Assembly: GCA_964057225.1 (NCBI GenBank)
Contig: OZ059897.1
Location: 6,076,001 to 6,140,000, forward strand
DNA: 64,000 bases
DNA from: Auanema rhodensis
Lineage: Eukaryota; Animalia; Nematoda
Direction: 5' to 3'
Shown: in pieces, positions 42,469-55,768 of the stretch
Layout: each line of letters begins with the position of its first letter
Numbering within the stretch: the first letter of the stretch is position 1
The notes under the pieces: generated by a model
The model's database searches: none
What the model was told of the DNA's origin: nothing
Seen by the model: the letters and a program-made list of their open reading frames with translations, nothing else
Program-made: the position numbers and the translations under genes

Positions 42469-44145
42469 ATGATTTTGTGGTGGGGTATTTTACTTCTATG
42501 TACAGTTACTGCAAAACCTACCAGTCATAGAGCTTTGAGTACTCGAGCTGTTGATGATCCACCTACAGCTGGTAGGTTTTTCGGAGAGGGCTCAGGAGCA
42601 GAAGATTCTGAAGACGAAGACGAAGAAGATGTGAGAGATGAATTATTAGAAAAGGGAAGAGATAATATAGAAAGTGAAGTGAAAGATGAAGTGAAAGAAG
42701 CCGAAATAACATCTACAGTAAGTATTAATGTTTTAATTTTCACATTTTTTATCATTAAAATTAGATATCTCTGCCTTTTGTTCCTTCTGAGGCCAAAATA
42801 ACTGAAGAATTAATTAGAGACTCGTTCCGAATTGATTTTATTATTTCAAATGGTAGCGAGATTGTTGCCGATAGGTCCAGTATTTTCGAGGTGGTTTAGT
42901 TTCGCCTGTATGAGTTAAATCAAATATGTTCAGGTTATTCCATTAGACTACATATGCGACTTTTGCTTAGCAGTTATAGAGAAACTCAAGGTTCGACAGG
43001 GATCAGAAGCAGATTTCGAGAAGGTTTCATAGGGAATCACTCAAAAAAATTAGAAAAAAATTAAATTTAGAATATATCAGAAGAATGCTGGTCATACAAC
43101 GGAACAGGCAAAGATTCTGGAACTATTTGCGAACTTGTCAATAAGTGCGGATATAAGAAAACCTTATTTCAAATTGTTAATTTAGAGTTAATTTGGAACG
43201 TCTTCGCAACGACGATCCCACAAAGATTTGTGTGGATGAAAAATTATGCCCAGATATTGAAAAGGAAGATGGAGAACGCAGAGTAGGCTTCAGTATCAGA
43301 ATAGTATCATTATACTTTCAAGTTAAGATGAAAGAAGAAAGAATAAAGGAAGAAAACAAGAGACGTGAATTTGAACGAAAAGAAGAAGAAAGAAAAGAAA
43401 GTATTCTGAGAGAAAAGGAAAGAATTGCACAGGTGAAAGAAGATATTAAGAACGAGGTACTGGTTCGCTTATTATGATAAATTTAGAAAAATATCTTCAG
43501 GCTTCAAGATTAGAATTAGAAAAACGCTTGGAGAACGAGGCAAAAAGAAAAATGGAAGAACGAAAGAATCGGATTCATTCGAAAACAGGAGATTTCGAGT
43601 ACGTCGTTGACGAGGTTTGTCATCATATTAAATGATCAACTATACTATGCTTTAGGTTCATGACGGCGAGACAAATGATTATTTGGATGCTCCTGAAAAG
43701 AAAACTGATTTCAATAGTGGTGTTGGAGATGCAGAAGGAGAGGCTGCTCAAGCAAATTCAGAAAATGTAAAATTTTTAAACATCACGAGCCTGTCTTATC
43801 CGATTATTAATAGATTGATGATGTCGCCAAGCTAACTGATAACGATGAGAGTTCTCATAAAAGCATACATACACATGATCCGGACATTGTTGAAGTTGTT
43901 CCGCAAACTATAAGACCAACATTGGAATTAAAGATAAATGGAGATGCCATGGTAATAAATAAAATATTGAAATTGCAACCGCACTGCAGCAATGCTGATA
44001 GAAAAATGACTTTTTATAAATTGCTTATATATCAAACTTTTTTTCTTAGATATCTGGCAGTGCCATGATTCAGCGCGAGACACCAAGAGTCATCGTGGAT
44101 AGAACTGTATCCGCATCAATTCTTGTTGATGACGTTCGTAAATAG
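42469..44145 (+). CDS. Secreted saposin-B-domain protein with acidic N-region and coiled coil
   Basis: TTTCAG|ATG; signal peptide MILWWGILLLCTVTA; six-Cys SapB pattern ICDFCL..EECW..TICE..DPTKICVDEKLCP; E/K/R-rich helix; ends VDDVRK*. Confidence 0.8.
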
Positions 44146-44479
44146 AAATTCTGTGTGGCTTTGAGGATCATGATCTCAGACACTTAATGTAAATTCATTT
44201 TGTGATATGTAATTGTAACCACTAAATATGTTTTGTAAATGTCATAAATGTGAGTTGAGATAATTTATTCGTAATTACATAGAAAACAAAAAAAAACGAA
44301 GTATTTTCGTATCAATAATATAAAAATGCATGTATACAATCTGACAATCTTAAGTGATCAAATAGAACTAACTGTAGTAAAAACCAGATAGGGAAAGAAC
44401 CCGCTTTACTTATTACCAACTATAAAACATTTAGATATAAGTACATATATTATGCATTTAAAGCAGCACTTAAGTGAAA

Positions 44480-47388
44480 TTATTTCTTTTGAGTTGGAAG
44501 TCCAGGAATTTTCGATGTGCAAGTGGGAGGTCGTAGACCTAAAGTCACCGAGTTCATTTAAGTTCAAGTAAAAATAAACGGACCTGTAGGTCTTGAAGAC
44601 GGTAATCGTATTTGCGTACTTCCAGTACTAGGTGGAATCTTAGAATTACTTACAGGCCTAGCTGACACAGGAGTTACCATTCTCGAAGTTAAAGCAGTAA
44701 CTTCACTACGGACTGGAGTATATCCGATTTTCGAAACAGGAGTTGTACGTCCACTATTGCTGGGAGCTTTTCCTATCGTTGAGGACTGAGGCCGCAGAGG
44801 AGTGACACGAGAAGAAGTAATAAGATTTGCAGATTGCGGTCTTATTGGTTCACGTACAGCTACACAATTTTAAAAAATAGATGAATTGAGTATAAGAAAA
44901 CTACCTGGCTTTGACGGCGCTTGCGCTGGGGCTAGAGATGATGACACTACTTTGACTGGAGCTTTCCTCATTGTGACAAAAGGCAAGTTTGGTGGTGCAG
45001 CAGGACGCGATGCTGCTGACGAGGGGTGACTTGCTGTTGAAGCAGGACGTGATACGGTTGAAGCAGGGCGTGACACGGTTGAAGCAGGACGTAATGCCGC
45101 GGAAGCAGAACGGGATGTGGTTGAGGCAGGGCGCGATGCAGAAGATACTTTAGGAGCAACATTACGAGATGCTGTAGGTGGTTTAGTTGAGGTACTCTAA
45201 ATCTTGATATAAAACAAGCTGCCTTTTAGAATCAGTATTATACCTTAGCGGGTAGCTTTTTGTATAAGCGTACAATCTCTGGAGAAGCAGCTACGCCGAA
45301 TTCTTCAACCAATGCTGGAGCCAAAGAGGTGACCTAAAACTTCGAATTTTTAACAAGATCAGTTTATAGATCTGAACTTTTTCTAATTTCAGTTTCGTTT
45401 CGTTAATGGTAGGGAACAAACGAAGACAAAGCGCTTCACCCAGACAGTTCCAAAGACTTGCTACAGCTTTGAAGGCAGATTCACGAACTTCTCCATCTCC
45501 ATCAGAACAACACTGCAAACAACACAATCAATAATATGAAGCACAAAAAAATAACCTTTTCTAAATCAGGAGCAAGGACTTTTACAGCGTCAACAGGGAT
45601 AGTATTGCGATCATGACGAGAAAACAGTCGAGCAAGAAACTGACAAGACTGTGACCTGGATTGAGGATTTTTGTTTTTTAATCCATTGGAAACTGCTTCT
45701 GTATAATTAGTTAAACAAGCCTAGAATAGAAGACTAAATAAGAATAAAAGACAGTGCGAAGGTACCAAATAAGAAGCTGAATCAACTAATGATATGAGTT
45801 CCCTTCTAAGCACCTCCTTCTTTTCTTTTAATTTTTCTAGAGATATATGAATTGTCTGAAACCAGAATATCTATCTAGAGAAAAAATAAACAGAAACATA
45901 CTTTAGGGACGGATGCACCGTATTCGAACCTTACTCCATCACTAATACCTTTCAAGCATTTAGCTGCTGAACTGTTAACATTGATATTGAGATCCTTCTC
46001 TAATACCTATAACACCATTTTAGTCGTTGACAATTCTTAAGATAATACTTTTAAAAGAGTTGAAATAATCTCCTTTAAATCAGTTGAAAATACAAGTCTA
46101 GGTTCACCCTCAAGCTTTGACAATATATTTTCACAGGCTTCTTTTCGAATTTGCCATTTTGCATCTGTTATCTGTTAAAATATAAGATAACATAAATGTA
46201 TAATGAAGAAATCTTACTTCTTGATTCCATGTTTTTGATAACTGAGGGCAAATATCAACGGGATCCTTTAATACCCATGAATCAATGGCTACAGGATCAT
46301 TACTGTTATCTTCCGATTCAACCCCGGCAGATTCTCTCTTTAGCATACAATTGAATTAGAATGATATCATATCATATCAAGCCAACCTCGGTATTCTCAG
46401 AAACAGTAACGCTTCCAGCAGTACCACCAAGAGATTCCAAGTAACTTTTTCTTTCATCTGTTGCTTTTTTCAAATAGTCTTCGATCTAACATACGTAATA
46501 TTTTAAACGTTACTAATCAAACTAACTTTGTCTAATTTAGCTTTATCTCCAACAAGAGAAGTTGTAAAGGCATTCAAAGCATCTCCAAGTAAGCGCTTCG
46601 CAGATCCCAAAGAAGAACAAGCAGCTTCACGAACGGCAGGATCACTATCGCTTGCAAGCTAAAAATAAAAGCAAAGGTTAAACCATAAAATACCCGAAAG
46701 ACATACTTTGACTGATATGGGGATAATAGTCTTGATGAATGACATTGGAGGACTCTTCAAAGTGATGAAGAATCTGTAGAGGAATAATAAAATAGTTTCT
46801 TTGGTTTGTGGGGAAGGCTTGGCAAGGTGTTCACTAAGATAGTTAACTATTCTATCAGGATCACACTGAAGTAAAAGGGAAAAGTGATATGAATAGATAG
46901 ATTAAAGCTTACACATGCAGACATAGAGTCTAGAGCTTCACCGACAGAATCACGGACATTCTGTTTCTTATCTTTTGATTTTTCCAAAACAAAACAATAC
47001 AACTAGAATGTCATGTCTTTGAAATCAAGCAAGTATGATCAAACCATGCTTATGAAACAATTGAAATTCTGCCTCAATCCTTTGGCTAATCGTGCAACTA
47101 CTTTAAGAGCCATTAATACTACATTTATATTACTGTCTTTTGATAATATCTTAATTCGAAGAAAGATCAAACATAAGCACGTCAATATGATACCTTTCTC
47201 AATTCATCCATAATTTCCCCGTAAATTGTGGCTGTTGGGGTTAGTCGTGGGTTTTTCTCCAGTAATGCATGAAGACTTTCTAGTGATTCCTTTCTTTCAA
47301 GCCATTTTGAAGAGGTTAATTTTTCTCTCTCTGTGGAAGGCCACAGAGCTATAACATCGACTTCGTCCAATATACTCCATTCATCCAT
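44480..47388 (-). CDS. ZYG-9/XMAP215-like protein with two TOG domains and a basic S/P/R tail
   Basis: MDEWSILDEVD..SSKWLERKESLE..KDSNINV (TOG1); DAKWQIRKEA..EKDLNINV..KLKEKK (TOG2); tail ends TSKIPGLPTQKK*. Confidence 0.88.
45000..45140 (-). repeat. Coding 21-nt (7-aa) imperfect tandem repeat, SRPAST[TVA]
   Basis: ASRPASTTSRSASAALRPASTVSRPASTVSRPASTASHPSSAASRPA inside the TOG-protein tail. Confidence 0.8.
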
Positions 47389-47797
47389 ACTAAAACAAAA
47401 TAAGTAAGACAATCATGCAACAACCAATTAAAAATGAAAGACTCTGGAAATGTTGCACAAGTGCTTCACGTGAACTTAACCATCTGCATTTTGAATAAAC
47501 GTGACCTTTAGCGCAATTTTCAACTTTTTTGTTTCATTGAGATAGATTTATCCTAGATAGTTCTTAGCTAACAACAGTTTTCATAATTCAAATTAGCAAA
47601 GCTCGAAAAAATTTATTTCAATAAAAAACAGCAAACATAGCAGGATTAAAACAAATCAAACTCAACAAAGCTGATTAAAAAACTTAAACAATCAAGATCA
47701 TGACAGAGATTGTTCAAATTAAAACGTGTAGCCAAAAAAACTCATCCATAAGCTAAACGCATGTATTAAAAAGAAAGCAAGCCAATGGTTTTGATAT

Positions 47798-50014
47798 TTA
47801 TTGAGGCATCTCCTTAACAGGTCCATCACCATTAATAGCACGTTTGGTTCCGGAAACAATATCATCGATTCTGAGCAACATCACCTGAAAAAAAAGTATC
47901 ATAAGAAAAAGGAAATATAAAACTTACGGATGTTTCGACAGCGGTCTTCAGAACCTGAGATCTAACTGAGAGAGGGTCCCAAATGTTCAATTGATTCATG
48001 TCAGCCTAAATTTTCCTCAAATGAATACAAAAATTAAAAAAAAAAAAAACCAATTCTCCGGTTGTTCCATCAACTCCAAAAGTCCAGTTATTACTATCTT
48101 GAGCATGCTTTGCTCTGAGAGCAGTAAGCTGACGAATGGTGTTTCCACCACAGTTTTGGATCAAGGTACGAGGAATAACTTCCAAAGCGCGAGCGATAGC
48201 TTTGTAAGGCCACTGTCTGACTCCTTCGATAGTCTTACCCTTTTCAGAAATAGCCTACAAAGGATAAATTGAGAACCCTATTCTGTAAACACACTAACTT
48301 GGGCAAGGCTCATTTCAAGAGCTCCTCCTCCTGGTACAAGCTTGGGGTTAAGCATTATGTTGCGAACAACATGGAGGGCATCTTGAAGATTACGTTCAAC
48401 CTCATTGATAACATCCTTTGATGGACCTCTGAGGCAAACTGTACAGGCAGTAGTCTTTTCAGAAGTAACATAGGTGTAATATCTGAAAACATGACTTTAA
48501 ACATAAAATATATTTTCCAATTCTTACTCATCGGCAATTTTGGTGATTTCAAAGAGTTCGGCTTGAGTACCAACATCCTCTTCGCGGAGATCAGATGTGT
48601 CGTGAACAATACGAGCACCGCATACTCTAAAACAATCGAGAATAAGTAAAATAAAAAGATATTTTCGGTACCTAGCAAGACGGTTGTTATCAGTTTTTTT
48701 CAGGCGACGGAGAGCAGTAATTCCGGCTTTAAGTAAGAAGTGTTGAGCCAAATCAGAAATACCCTTTTCGGTGAATACAAGATCTGGCTTAAGTTTGATG
48801 ATTTCTTCGCATTGTTTACGGATAGATTCTTCTTCCTACAAGTAAAGTAAGCTCAAATTAATAAAATATCTTAATTGAGAAAACTATACCTGTTCAAGAA
48901 TCTTGCTAATATCATCCTCTCTGAGGACTTCAAGACTGGTCTGTGATTCTCCCTTTTTGTACTCGAGATTACAATCCAAAAGAACAATTCTAGGGTTTTC
49001 GATACGTCTCTTCATCTTAGCGTGAGTAACATCCTAAAATCATCATATATCAACATAAAAGCAAACTTAAAGTTACCTTGTTGAGGACGACTCCTTTAAT
49101 AACCTTACAATCTTCAATAGTTCCTCCTGGGATCTTCTCGATACGGCAGTATCTTTAAATAATGATTTTAAAATTCTAAATAATAAATATATACCTCTTA
49201 ATATCAATTTCCTTGTGTCCGTTGCTGTCAACACGAATAGTCTTAACAGCATCGAGGGCAATTTGAACAGCAAGATCCATCCATTTGCTCATCATCTTAG
49301 TTCCCAAGCAAGACTTTACAACAATAGCAGTCTAATGACACACAATAATATAATAGAAAAATGCAGATAACCCACCTCCTCATCATTATCAACGTTGATT
49401 GGTTTGCTGAACTTATTCTCAGCAAGTTCGATCATATCTTCAAGAGCTTGACGGTAAGCCTTAAAAGGGCATTAAAATTAATAATGTTTATAATAAAAAC
49501 CTGAATAATGATGGTTGGATGAATCTTCTGCTCGAGGAAAGGTTGAGCTTGAGACATAACTTCTCCAGCAAGAACAATCACAGAGGTAGTTCCATCTCCA
49601 GTTTCCTCATCCTAAATAAAAACATTCAGACAGAGCAGAATTACACTAAATACCTGGGTACGAGCAATCTCGATCATACTTTTGGCGGCTGGATGCTTAA
49701 CGGTAATTTCCCTATAAATAAAATAGATATTAGTAATATTCAGTTCTCAATATACCTAAGAATAGCATTTCCATCATTGGTCATTACAATTCCTCCCATG
49801 GGATCCATAAGCATTTTAAGCATAGCACGAGGTCCAAGACTTGTACGGATAACATCAGCAATGGTCTTTAATAAAATATCAACAATTTAAACATTATTTA
49901 GCAAAAAGTTACTTTGCAAGCAGTGATGTTTCCAACTTGAACCTGGTGTCCACTTTCCCGCTTAGTTCCCTGGCTGAGAACTATGATTGGCTGCTGTCCA
50001 CCTCCTCGCATCAT
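47798..50014 (-). CDS. cct-3: T-complex protein 1 subunit gamma (CCT3)
   Basis: MMRGGGQQPIIVL, RTSLGPRAMLKMLMDPMGGIVMTNDGN, VGDGTT, EKIPGG, YKKGESQT, LRRLKKTDNNR, MLLRIDDIVSG. Confidence 0.98.
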
Positions 50015-50369
50015 GATTGCAACCTTAAATATATAGTAAAGATACAATTTTTATGTTATATTGTAAATATTATTGGAAGAAAACGACCAAGAATAAATAA
50101 CGAGTCGTTTAAAGAAGGGTAGTGGTAACTAAAGGGAGGAAGTCTCGAAAATTATGAACAATCCGCTCAGGACCCAAAATTTTTTTCCACTTTCAGCAGC
50201 TGGACGATTGATAACCATGCATTCCAAATTAATGAATAAATTTGAATAAATATTTCTTTTAAGTTTAATTGGTTATTATACTAATCTATACTCTGCTAAT
50301 TTCTAGATTAATTCTGATTTTTTGTTTAAACCCCTTGTTCGCATTGGTACTTTATTCCCTATGTTCAAA

Positions 50370-50378
50370 CCCCGCCCA
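50370..50378. promoter_or_regulatory. Sp1/KLF-like GC box in the divergent promoter between cct-3 and the orphan gene
   Basis: CCCCGCCCA in otherwise very AT-rich intergenic DNA. Confidence 0.45.
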
Positions 50379-50632
50379 CGCCGAATTACGCACATATCCT
50401 TATTTTTACTAACTTAGACTCATCAAAATCTTTAGTGGTTTTATGTCTAAAATTAAGTATTTTTAAAAATTTATATATCATTACATGAGAAATATAATGA
50501 ATTTCGTATTAACTTTTATTAGTTTTCGTTTGTTGTTTAAGTATAATATTTTAAATTCTACTTCAGGCTGTCCCCAGAAGAACTATTTATTTAATTTGGC
50601 ATCTTAGCCTGTATATATTTATATTATAATAT

Positions 50633-52912
50633 ATGTACCGACCATATATCACATATAACGGTATCAAAAGTTTTTGGTAAATTATTATTTTTTTTATTTT
50701 AAGATAGATATATTGCATATGACCACTTCCGCCGTGATTTGTCTCCACGTTACAATGATATCAACGTAAATAGATTTCTGTCGTAGTAAAACATCTAAGT
50801 ATTCTTATATCAGAGATATGATTCGGGATTTTCTGAAAGTGGACCATATTACCAACCAGGGCCGAGCAATGATCGACTTGTAACCTTTGCTCCGGGTAAG
50901 ATTATGTAAGTATCTTAATGTCTAGTAATTATTCCATTTTAGATCCCTGGGCTCAGGATTATTATCAAACTTCTCGTGATCGTGTAAGGAGTAGTAACTG
51001 CTCGCCTGATTATGGCAGGAAATGTGAATCTCACAGACCGGAAAATCTTGAGTATTGCCGACCATTCCCTTCACTTGATATGCAGGTTTTTTCTTGAAAA
51101 CTATTTTTGCTTACAATCTATCTATTTTTCAGAGAGATAGTAGATATAGAAATTTTTATGAAACATCTGTAAATAATATGAACGAAGATTTTATATATCG
51201 CGATCGAATGTCAAACAGAAATTTGGGATCCAATTCGTATAATTTATCTGAATATAGAGAAGCTGATCAAGTACTACGCGCTCCTAGACCACCTCGCGAG
51301 AAGAAAATTAAAAAACCAAAGTCAAAGCTCGATGAAGAACTGTTCGTATTTATTTTACATCAAATCGATTATTCAATTTTTTGCAGTGATAACTCTCCAA
51401 AACAGAATAATCAAAAGTTGACTCCAGCTGCTAAACGAAGACGCAGAGTAAGTTGCTTTATCTGAAATTTGTAATTCTATTATCATACAGAGAAGAAGAA
51501 GAGAAAGGAGGTTACGAAAACGTGAAAAAAATGAGAAATCAAAAGATAAGACAAATAATGTTGAGGTGAGTATTCTCCTTTCAGTAATTACGGTTAATTC
51601 GGATGTTTTCCTAGTGTTCTGAGCTAAAACAACCTCGTAAGAAAAAGGAATCAGTTACGGTGGTAGGCAAGGAAAATGGATCTATGAAATATTCGAATAC
51701 TAAGGAAGCAAAAGTAGTATCGAAAATTAATAATCCTGAAAAAAAGAAGTCCCTTGAGAATGCTAAATCTGTTTCTCAAAAAAAGATAACTGCTCCCAAA
51801 GCCTCGAAAGAATCTAAGGCTGTTCAAACAACAAGCGTACCTCAAAATGCCAAGGAGTCGAATGGAAGTACATCCAGTCAACAACACGAAAAAAGTAAAA
51901 CTCAAGTCACCAAAGATGCATCAGCCAAGGATGGTGTGAAGGAGAAACGAAAAGCGGAGATATCGACGCAAAAATCTTCTGTTTCTAACTTGACAAATAC
52001 GTCATGTCCCAATGATGATAATGGCAGGCATATAACTAGAATTGTTAAGAATGCTAAGTTTGAAGATGTGCATCTTTTCCATCTTAAAGGAGCCGGAAAG
52101 ACATGGCAAAGACCCGACTCTAGGTTCAATCCTATTGCAACTCGCCAACCATTGAAAGGAAATCCATTTTCTTTTATACTTTCTCCACCACCACCTCCGC
52201 CACCTCCCCCTTCTTCTTCTTCGCTTCCTCAGTTTCCAGAACGGTAATTAGTAAAGTTTTTTTGTTTTATATGTTCTAGTTCATAGGGCTCAACAGCATA
52301 CATTCCAACAAAACCATTCGCAACTTCATTCAAGTTCAACAAATGCCATGTAATTTTTTAAATATGACAAATATATCATATAACTGAATATTTAGGTTCT
52401 CTAAGAATAACGACGGCGGTGTTGACGATTATGTAGAAAGTTTAAGCGATGTAGATGAAGATTGGAAAGAGGTTTTTCAATGCTAACTTCGTATGATTAA
52501 TTCAATTTATTTAGATTATGCAATTAGTCGATGACAAAGCACGAACTCCAAATTATCATAACCAGGAACCTAGGTGCTCTTCTGTAAATTGGACTCCTTC
52601 AGTGGAACAAGTAACCAATTTCGAAACTTATCATGTTTGGTTTATACTGTTACTATTGTACTTATCAAGTTTATTTAGAATTATATTGATGGATCTAGGA
52701 GACCTATGAATTCTTTTGCAACTTACTCTAATAATGATTTGTTTGATAACCAGACCAGCTTTAATGAGTATCCGGGCCAATATGCTCAATCTTTTAATGA
52801 GGTTTACAATCGATATTTGCTCATTTTTTACTTTTAATCATTTTAGTTACCTAGTCTTTCCTATATGGGTACTTCAAGCAGGGCGTTCAATGAAATCAAT
52901 AGACGATATTGA
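50633..52912 (+). CDS. Uncharacterised low-complexity protein (Lys/Arg-rich, poly-Pro)
   Basis: Chain of short exons with GT-AG introns from MYRPYITYN to NEINRRY*, including the 195-aa exon at 51660-52247. No recognisable domain. Confidence 0.7.
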
Positions 52913-53349
52913 TTAATTGTTGTATTAATGTACATACTCGAAGAAATTTGCCACTTGTTCCGTATGCATTATTGAACAGAATATGGATGCTTGCATAGAA
53001 AGTATTGCGAGATTAGTATTTTACTTTATCCTGGCTTCCGCTTTTGTTCAAGAAAAATATGTGAATAAGCACTAACTTTTTTTTATATCTTTGCTTCGTA
53101 TTTTTTTAGTTTCTGAAACATTTCCCGACACCTTCGGTACGCTCAACCTTTTTTTGATTTATGCGGTTCTCTTGCTATTAGTTATTGAGTTCGGTCGTCT
53201 TTGATAATCTGCCATGTTCTAAGAATAAGGCATGACAGGCGTTTTTGAAACTTTTATTATTTTTATTTTATAAACTCACGATTTTATTACCTAAGGCGAT
53301 TGAACTTGAGAAAGATTGAGAAAAGGGAACTTTGCACTAAACGGCAAAG

Positions 53350-53358
53350 TGGGCGGAG
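53350..53358. promoter_or_regulatory. GC box upstream of MICOS10
   Basis: TGGGCGGAG about 135 nt before the ATG. Confidence 0.35.
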
Positions 53359-53489
53359 CTACTTTAGGTGGATGGTGGCTTTTTAATATATAAATTATTT
53401 TTTTTAATATGTTCTAAAATGTTTGTTTGTTTTTCGAACCCAGTTACCGATTTTCTTAATATCAAACATTATTTCTGAGTTATGTTTAG

Positions 53490-53909
53490 ATGGTTCGTAG
53501 TGAGGACATTCTGGGAGAAAAGATTGACAGGTTTACTATAAATTTAAAAGTAGATAACTGATTTTGTTATTTAGATGCTTTGCTGATTCATTACTTAAAA
53601 TTACCGGAGGTGTCGCTATAGGAATCGTTGCTAGCGTTGCATTTTTTAAGGTTTCCTTTTATCCTTAACTATGAGAAATTCATTAAAATTTATAGGGACG
53701 TACCTTCCCTGTTTGGCTTGGATCTGGTGTTGGAATCGGAGCCGGATGGTCAAATTGCAGACACGATTTGGCTCAACCTACTCTTCTCCACGGCAAGAAA
53801 GTTCCAGTGGGTCAAGACACTGAGGTAATGTTGTATCTAGTAAATTGGTTCTTAATTTTTTGATTTCCAGGGAAAGCCTGCTTATAACATAGTTGTCGAG
53901 AAGATTTAA
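53490..53909 (+). CDS. MICOS10: MICOS complex subunit Mic10
   Basis: MVRSEDILGEKIDRCFADSLLKITGGVAIGIVASVAFFKGRTFPVWLGSGVGIGAGWSNC: two transmembrane segments and a GxGxG motif; 4 exons. Confidence 0.95.
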
Positions 53910-54269
53910 ATAGGACCGGTTGTATTTTGTTTTTTTTTGAAGATAGATTATAGTCAGATGTAATAAAGTATTACATAAAATTATTTCCTTTGACTTATTG
54001 TTCTTCACATAATTGTAACTTCAGTTTAAGATAAAGAATTGAACAGTTCATCTGTAATGATCGTGAATTTGTCCATTGTATTAAATACACTATTTTTTTT
54101 AAAATGGGTCTTGCGGCGATAATTGAAAAGAATATGTTGAAGATTGTGCATGGCGGATGGCTCATTTTAAGTTGAATTATTAGTGCTATCTGGTTATTAG
54201 TACTTTGACTAATTTAAGTGAATAAAAGGATTAAGCTTCAATTTAGATTTTAAAAAATCGGTTTAGGTA

Positions 54270-55768
54270 ATGCCGCTTCACCCCCGTGTAGTTAGGGCAG
54301 AGGTTGAAGATGTTTTAAGATCTGGAAGGTGTGCAATTTTTTTAATTAAAGTTATAATCAGGTGGTATCTTAGACTCCACAGGCTTGTATCAGTTCAAGC
54401 TCAAGTTTTCCATTTGATTGATTCCAAATGGGTGGAATTAACCTCTGAACCAATTTTAGTTCATTTGATTCACGACCAGTTAGAAGGCGTTGCAAAAATG
54501 CTCGCCGTTTGGCGGTTAAAGGTTTTTTTTACGTGTATTAAGTTCAACATTTCTGATTTCAGCTTGTCATTAATAACGTACCCGTGTCTTCAAATTTTAA
54601 TATTCATACTCCCTCTAAGAAATTTTTACAGTTTATTTGCAACAAGTTTGATAAGAACAGTGATATATATGGTTTTGGTTTTGCTGATTCCATTGAGATG
54701 GATTTAGTATGGCAACAGTCTTCATACTTAAACAAAACTTTTTTTTAGTTCAATCAGCAATTGATACGTATCAGGTCCGCTGCTATGGCTTCGCTCACAC
54801 CATCGTTTCATTTAGGCTCTAGTACGTAATTTAAAGGAACACTTTCATTATTTTTTTTTCAGATTCTTTACCTCAAACTCCAACTCGTCCTCACCGACGT
54901 GTTCTCTTTCCTCGTGCTAGTTATGAAGGAAGCTCTGCAGCTCCTACTAATTCAATATCTCCCCCATTCGGTTATATGGGCTCTCCTATGAGGAATATAC
55001 TTTCGAACTCGGATTCTACTAGCTCATTCCAATTAGAGGTATTTAAAAAACTTAATTATATGTGGTTTATAAGAAAATTAAGGAAACTGTGTCTAAAGAA
55101 GAACCTGCCAGCTTTTTTGGGTGAAAACTATTTAAATTTCTCAGTTATTTTAATAGTTTTAGTGATAGTCTCAATACTACTAGTTCCCGCTTAAATTCTT
55201 GTCAAGGATTGTATGAAGACAGCGGATGCACTTATTCAAATACATCTCAGGCATCTTAACTTTGTTACTTTCTATTTTGCTTAATATTCCTACAGATAAC
55301 TGACAGTCTACAGACTAATTCTTTCTTCGACAATCGTCCATACTGCGAGTCAACACCATTAGCTTCACCGAAACCTGGACTGGGCTTTAACAATGTTGAG
55401 AAGGTAGGAGCATGAAGATACCTGCTCTTTATTTCTGTATTACCAGATGTCGGACCTGTTTTCACAGTTTAAATTGAATGAACCAAACAATAATAACGTT
55501 GAAGAAGATGCAGGCGTAAGTGTTGTAGCTAGTTCAACTTTTTCATTATATTTGTTTTCTGATATTTCAGTGTTCCGTAGCTGAGAGAAGGCTAAGAGAC
55601 TTCATAACTTCTTTCGATATTTCGACTCCTACTTTTACTGATTTAACATACAACCTATTTAATACGGACGATATACCAACTAATAGTGCTGGTGCTATCG
55701 GTACACCTGTTAAAGGTAAAGGAGGTGTAGTGAATTTCAATTCAGAAGCCGATGTGGAGGTTAAATAA
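54270..55768 (+). CDS. WH1/EVH1-domain protein with Ser/Pro-rich tail
   Basis: VQAQVFHL..KWV..VHLIHD..TPSKKFLQF..DIYGFGFADSIEMDLF fits the EVH1 pattern (W, F.QF, YG.xF). Disordered tail ends ADVEVK*. Confidence 0.7.
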
